From: a bacterium
GTDB lineage: Bacteria; RBG-13-61-14; DATKZS01
Direction of reading: 5' to 3'
NCBI GenBank assembly: GCA_963674965.2
Contig: CAXXFL010000002.1
Span: forward strand, 320,001-384,000
DNA: 64,000 bases
The notes under the pieces are model-generated. The model saw only the letters and a program-made list of their open reading frames with translations. It searched no databases and had not been told where the DNA came from. Position numbers and translations under genes: made by a program. Every line of letters starts with the position of its first letter. The stretch's first letter is position 1. Shown one piece after another: positions 60,751 to 64,000 of this stretch.

Positions 60751-61894
60751 GTACGTGAGGTTCAAAAAGGAGGTCGTTTACAGGGGACTCGAGAAGCCTC
60801 ATTTGTTCAACGTCCTGACCGACGAGCTATACGAGCTTGAGGAGGACGGGCTCGGGTATTTAGGCGAGGTTGACGGGACCAGGCAAAAGAGGGACGTTAA
60901 AAATACCGAGCTTCTCGAATACTCGGAGTCGGAGGGACTGCTGGAATTTTCCGATAGGCCCGCGGAGAGGAAACTGGAAAAGGGCCAGTCCCCCGTTCCG
61001 TCCCTGCGATACCTCGAGTTGATCCTGACGCGCAGGTGTTCCCTCAAGTGTCGGCACTGCTACCTTGGTGAGGCCAAAAAGGAAGACTTGAGCCCCGAGC
61101 TGCTGACGGATATCCTCGATCAGTTCGACCGCGTGCAGGGTCTTCGGCTACTGCTCTCGGGAGGCGAGCCTCTCATGTACCCCCATCTGGATGAACTGGC
61201 CCGGGCCATCGAGGGCAGGGGATTCCGTACGGTCCTGCTTACCAACGGACAGTCACTGGACGATAAGACCCTCTCGTCCCTTCCCGTGCATGAGGTCCAG
61301 GTTTCGCTTGACGGCATGGAGAGAGGACACGATATCATAAGAGGGCAAGGCGCGTTCCGCAAGGCCCTCGAGGCGGCCAAGCTGGTGGCCCAGAGCGATA
61401 AAGACCTTTCCATCGCCACCATGATCCATTCCGAGAACTTCGGGGAAGTGGACGTGCTGGAAAAAATGGTACACGCCCTCAAGGCCAGGGAATGGAGCCT
61501 CGAGTTCCCGACCTTCGAGGGAAGGTGGAAAGACGCCGGCAATCTGGCCATCGACCCGAAATTCGCGGCGGATATCATGGATAAGTCCTTTGGCGGCAGC
61601 TACCACGGCGGCTCGGAGGGCAGGGCCTGCGGGCTTCACCTGGCGGCGGTAACTCCGGAGGGAGGGCTTTGCTATTGCGGTTTCCACGCGGACGACCCGC
61701 TGGGTGATTTGCATGAAGTAAGCCTGGCCGAGGCCTGGTCGAGAAAGGAGGTCATGAAGACCTCGGATCTCGAGTTCTGCGCCGATTGCCGGGTGGTGGA
61801 CGAGTGCGGGGGCGGGTGCCGCTACCGGGCCGGCGGGACCGGGCCGGACCTCGTCATGTGCGCCGCCCATGGATGGCCCAAGGGGCGGCCTTGA
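60734..61894 (+). CDS. Radical SAM/SPASM protein with PqqD/RRE-like N-terminus
   Basis: CSLKCRHC, SGGEP, LTNG, C...C...CADC...CGGGC...C. Confidence 0.88.
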   Translation: MSQEDKYVRFKKEVVYRGLEKPHLFNVLTDELYELEEDGLGYLGEVDGTRQKRDVKNTELLEYSESEGLLEFSDRPAERKLEKGQSPVPSLRYLELILTRRCSLKCRHCYLGEAKKEDLSPELLTDILDQFDRVQGLRLLLSGGEPLMYPHLDELARAIEGRGFRTVLLTNGQSLDDKTLSSLPVHEVQVSLDGMERGHDIIRGQGAFRKALEAAKLVAQSDKDLSIATMIHSENFGEVDVLEKMVHALKAREWSLEFPTFEGRWKDAGNLAIDPKFAADIMDKSFGGSYHGGSEGRACGLHLAAVTPEGGLCYCGFHADDPLGDLHEVSLAEAWSRKEVMKTSDLEFCADCRVVDECGGGCRYRAGGTGPDLVMCAAHGWPKGRP

Positions 61895-62020
61895 AAAATC
61901 GGACATAAAAGGATATTAAATGTCCAGTCTTTACTTTGGCCCAATCTCTTCAGGGCAATTTTGCATCTATAAAACATGGGGTATCCTGGGGAATACAGGA
62001 AATAAAAAAGAGGTGTTGGC

Positions 62021-62350
62021 ATGAGCGACGCGAAAGACCTTTTTGACAGGAAAGAGAAGAAGGTTTCCTTTTTCAAGAAGCAGGACTGGTTTTTATCCGC
62101 TGTCCTGGTTATTGTCCTTTACGTAATCATGCTGATTTACATATATGGTTTCAAGCAGGAGGAATCCTTTATCGAGCACGTCATCCATGTTTTGCCCGCC
62201 ATATCCGTGTTCCTTGTCATATTCGGGTTCGTGGATAAAAGGAAAAAGGAAGCGGCCGACGCCGCGTTGAAAAGGAAGCGTTACGAGACCCGGATGGCCC
62301 TTTTAAAATATCAGCGCGAGATAGCGGAAAAGGAGGCAAAAGGAAAATAG
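62021..62350 (+). CDS. Small two-TM membrane protein
   Basis: GAGG RBS; two hydrophobic segments; basic tail. Confidence 0.7.
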   Translation: MSDAKDLFDRKEKKVSFFKKQDWFLSAVLVIVLYVIMLIYIYGFKQEESFIEHVIHVLPAISVFLVIFGFVDKRKKEAADAALKRKRYETRMALLKYQREIAEKEAKGK

Positions 62351-62473
62351 ATTTTTGCTTTCGATTTTTCCGCTTCGGCTTTTTCCGCTCTAAACTTCGA
62401 TTTTTCTTTGCTACTCGCCCAAATGCGCGCTATATTAATCTGGCGTTTACCAACCGCTAAACAACCCGGGAGG

Positions 62474-64000
62474 ATGGTTTCCATGAAAAAGGACCGATCG
62501 ATCGCCAAGCTTATTACATCTCTGGCCATTGCCTTCATTATCTCACTACTATTGACGGGTTGCGCCCGGACCATCGCCACTTTCCTGGGCACGGACCCAG
62601 GCGAGCGGGTGGGCATGAAGGTTGGCCTTAACAGGATTATGACCACCAGGGACGGCGTCGAGCTGGCCACGGACGTTTACGAGCCGGCGGGGGAGGGGCC
62701 ATGGCCCGTGGTGGTAACCCGTCTTCCTTACGGGTCGGACAACGCGCTTTTCAAGAACCTGGGCAAGCTATTCGTCCGCAACGGTTACGTGTTTGTAGTT
62801 CAGGACACCAGGGGCTCGAAGGACTCGGATGGAGCTTGGTTCCCCCTCATCTGGGAATACGAGGACGGACACGACACCATCGAATGGGTGAGCGAGCAAT
62901 CCTGGTGCAACGGAAAGATCGGGATGTGGGGAGGAAGCTACTTCGGCTACACCCAATTGGCGGCCGCGCCCGACAACCCCAAGATAACCTGCATGACCCC
63001 CTTCGTGACCTCGGGCAACATGCACAAGGTCATCTTCCGGGGAGGGGCCAGGGAACTGTTGACCACCGAGGGCTGGATAACGGGAGAGAGGAACGCCCAA
63101 CTCGAGAAGACGGGGGAAAAGGAAAAGCTGAAAACGGACTTCTCCGGCGGTTTTTACAACGACCCGATCAGGGACGCGAAAGCCCTGGACTACGACGCGC
63201 TAAGGAGCGACCCGGACATGATCAACGCCGGTCCCGAGGAATTTTTGATACATCCCGGCGACGTCGAGGACATGCCCCCCCTCAATTACTCGCGGTACTA
63301 CGACAAGGTCAGCGCTCCCTCATTGCTGATCGCCGGCTGGTACGACATGTTCCTGGGGCCCCAGCTCGATGACTTCGTCAAGTTCAGGAGCGAGGGCAGG
63401 GGCGACGCCCGGAAGACCAGGCTTATCGTGGGGCCCTGGGTCCACGGCCTTTTCCTCTCCAAGTTCGAGGAATCGCCCTTCGCGGGTTTCCAGGTCTTCG
63501 GTTCTTCCTTTATGGACTGGCTTGACTACTGGCTGAAGGGGGTCGAGAACGGGGCCGCCGACGAGGCCCCGGTAAAGATATTCGTGATGGGCGAGAACGT
63601 TTGGCGCGACGAGAACGAGTGGCCCCTGGCCAGGACTCGCTTTACCAGGTATTACCTGCACGGCCAGGGCGACGCGCATCTTCCGAACGGCTCGGGTTCG
63701 CTCGGCAAGGAGGCCCCCACCGGCCACGAGCCGGAGGACAGGTATTTTTACGATCCCATGGACCCGGTCGAGACGGCGGGGGGAAACTTCCTGGGCGCGG
63801 GCGGTTACCAGCCCGGCGTCAAGGACCAGACCGGGCTGGCCAAGCGGCCGGACGTGCTGGTATATCGCACGCCTCCTCTGCTTAAGAACCTCGAGGTCAC
63901 CGGTCCCATTACCCTCCATCTGTTCGCCTCGTCCAGCGCCAGGGACACGGACTTTACGGCCAAGCTCCTGGACCTGGGGCCGACGGGCAAGGCGCGGCTG
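62474..64000 (+). CDS. CocE/NonD-family serine hydrolase lipoprotein, runs off the window end
   Basis: LTGC lipobox; RDGVELATDVY, TRLPYG, QDTRG, GGSYFG, GWYD, GPWVHG, DTDFTAKL. Confidence 0.9.
   Translation, partial: MVSMKKDRSIAKLITSLAIAFIISLLLTGCARTIATFLGTDPGERVGMKVGLNRIMTTRDGVELATDVYEPAGEGPWPVVVTRLPYGSDNALFKNLGKLFVRNGYVFVVQDTRGSKDSDGAWFPLIWEYEDGHDTIEWVSEQSWCNGKIGMWGGSYFGYTQLAAAPDNPKITCMTPFVTSGNMHKVIFRGGARELLTTEGWITGERNAQLEKTGEKEKLKTDFSGGFYNDPIRDAKALDYDALRSDPDMINAGPEEFLIHPGDVEDMPPLNYSRYYDKVSAPSLLIAGWYDMFLGPQLDDFVKFRSEGRGDARKTRLIVGPWVHGLFLSKFEESPFAGFQVFGSSFMDWLDYWLKGVENGAADEAPVKIFVMGENVWRDENEWPLARTRFTRYYLHGQGDAHLPNGSGSLGKEAPTGHEPEDRYFYDPMDPVETAGGNFLGAGGYQPGVKDQTGLAKRPDVLVYRTPPLLKNLEVTGPITLHLFASSSARDTDFTAKLLDLGPTGKARL

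Noticed and set aside
62352-62410. Short TTCG(A/G)(T/C)TTTT repeats
   Set aside because: Low-complexity and irregular; nothing supports a function.

Overview
A GC-rich bacterial chromosomal window; the gene content (HdrA/MvhD, 2-oxoacid:ferredoxin oxidoreductase, GAK operon, HypAB) suggests an anaerobic deltaproteobacterium-like organism. Housekeeping and metabolic genes include tRNA-fMet, amiC, hypAB, rlpA, ilvD, uppP-ftsK-lolA-gyrA, araB and a korDABC-hdrL-mvhD-hdrD-hdrA cluster. These are interspersed with accessory patches rich in at least five REP/REPIN/MITE repeat families. The main find is a decapitated diversity-generating retroelement (DGR) at 15.5-18.4 kb. Two near-identical FGE/C-type-lectin lipoprotein genes differ mainly in a C-terminal stretch with the NNY codon signature and share an identical 43-bp 3' tract. 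One is followed by a GTAA-loop hairpin and an unannotated 20-codon Avd-like N-terminus that is cut off at a REPIN; no TR or RT is visible in the window. Other highlights: an unannotated 18-aa Cys-rich peptide with a consensus promoter and RBS; a selenocysteine HdrA-MvhD (in-frame UGA plus SECIS-like hairpin); REPIN pairs bracketing captured DNA or AT-rich genes; a frameshift-disabled RelE; and a GAK operon lacking its CofD-like gene. Family calls come from motif recognition by eye, not database searches.
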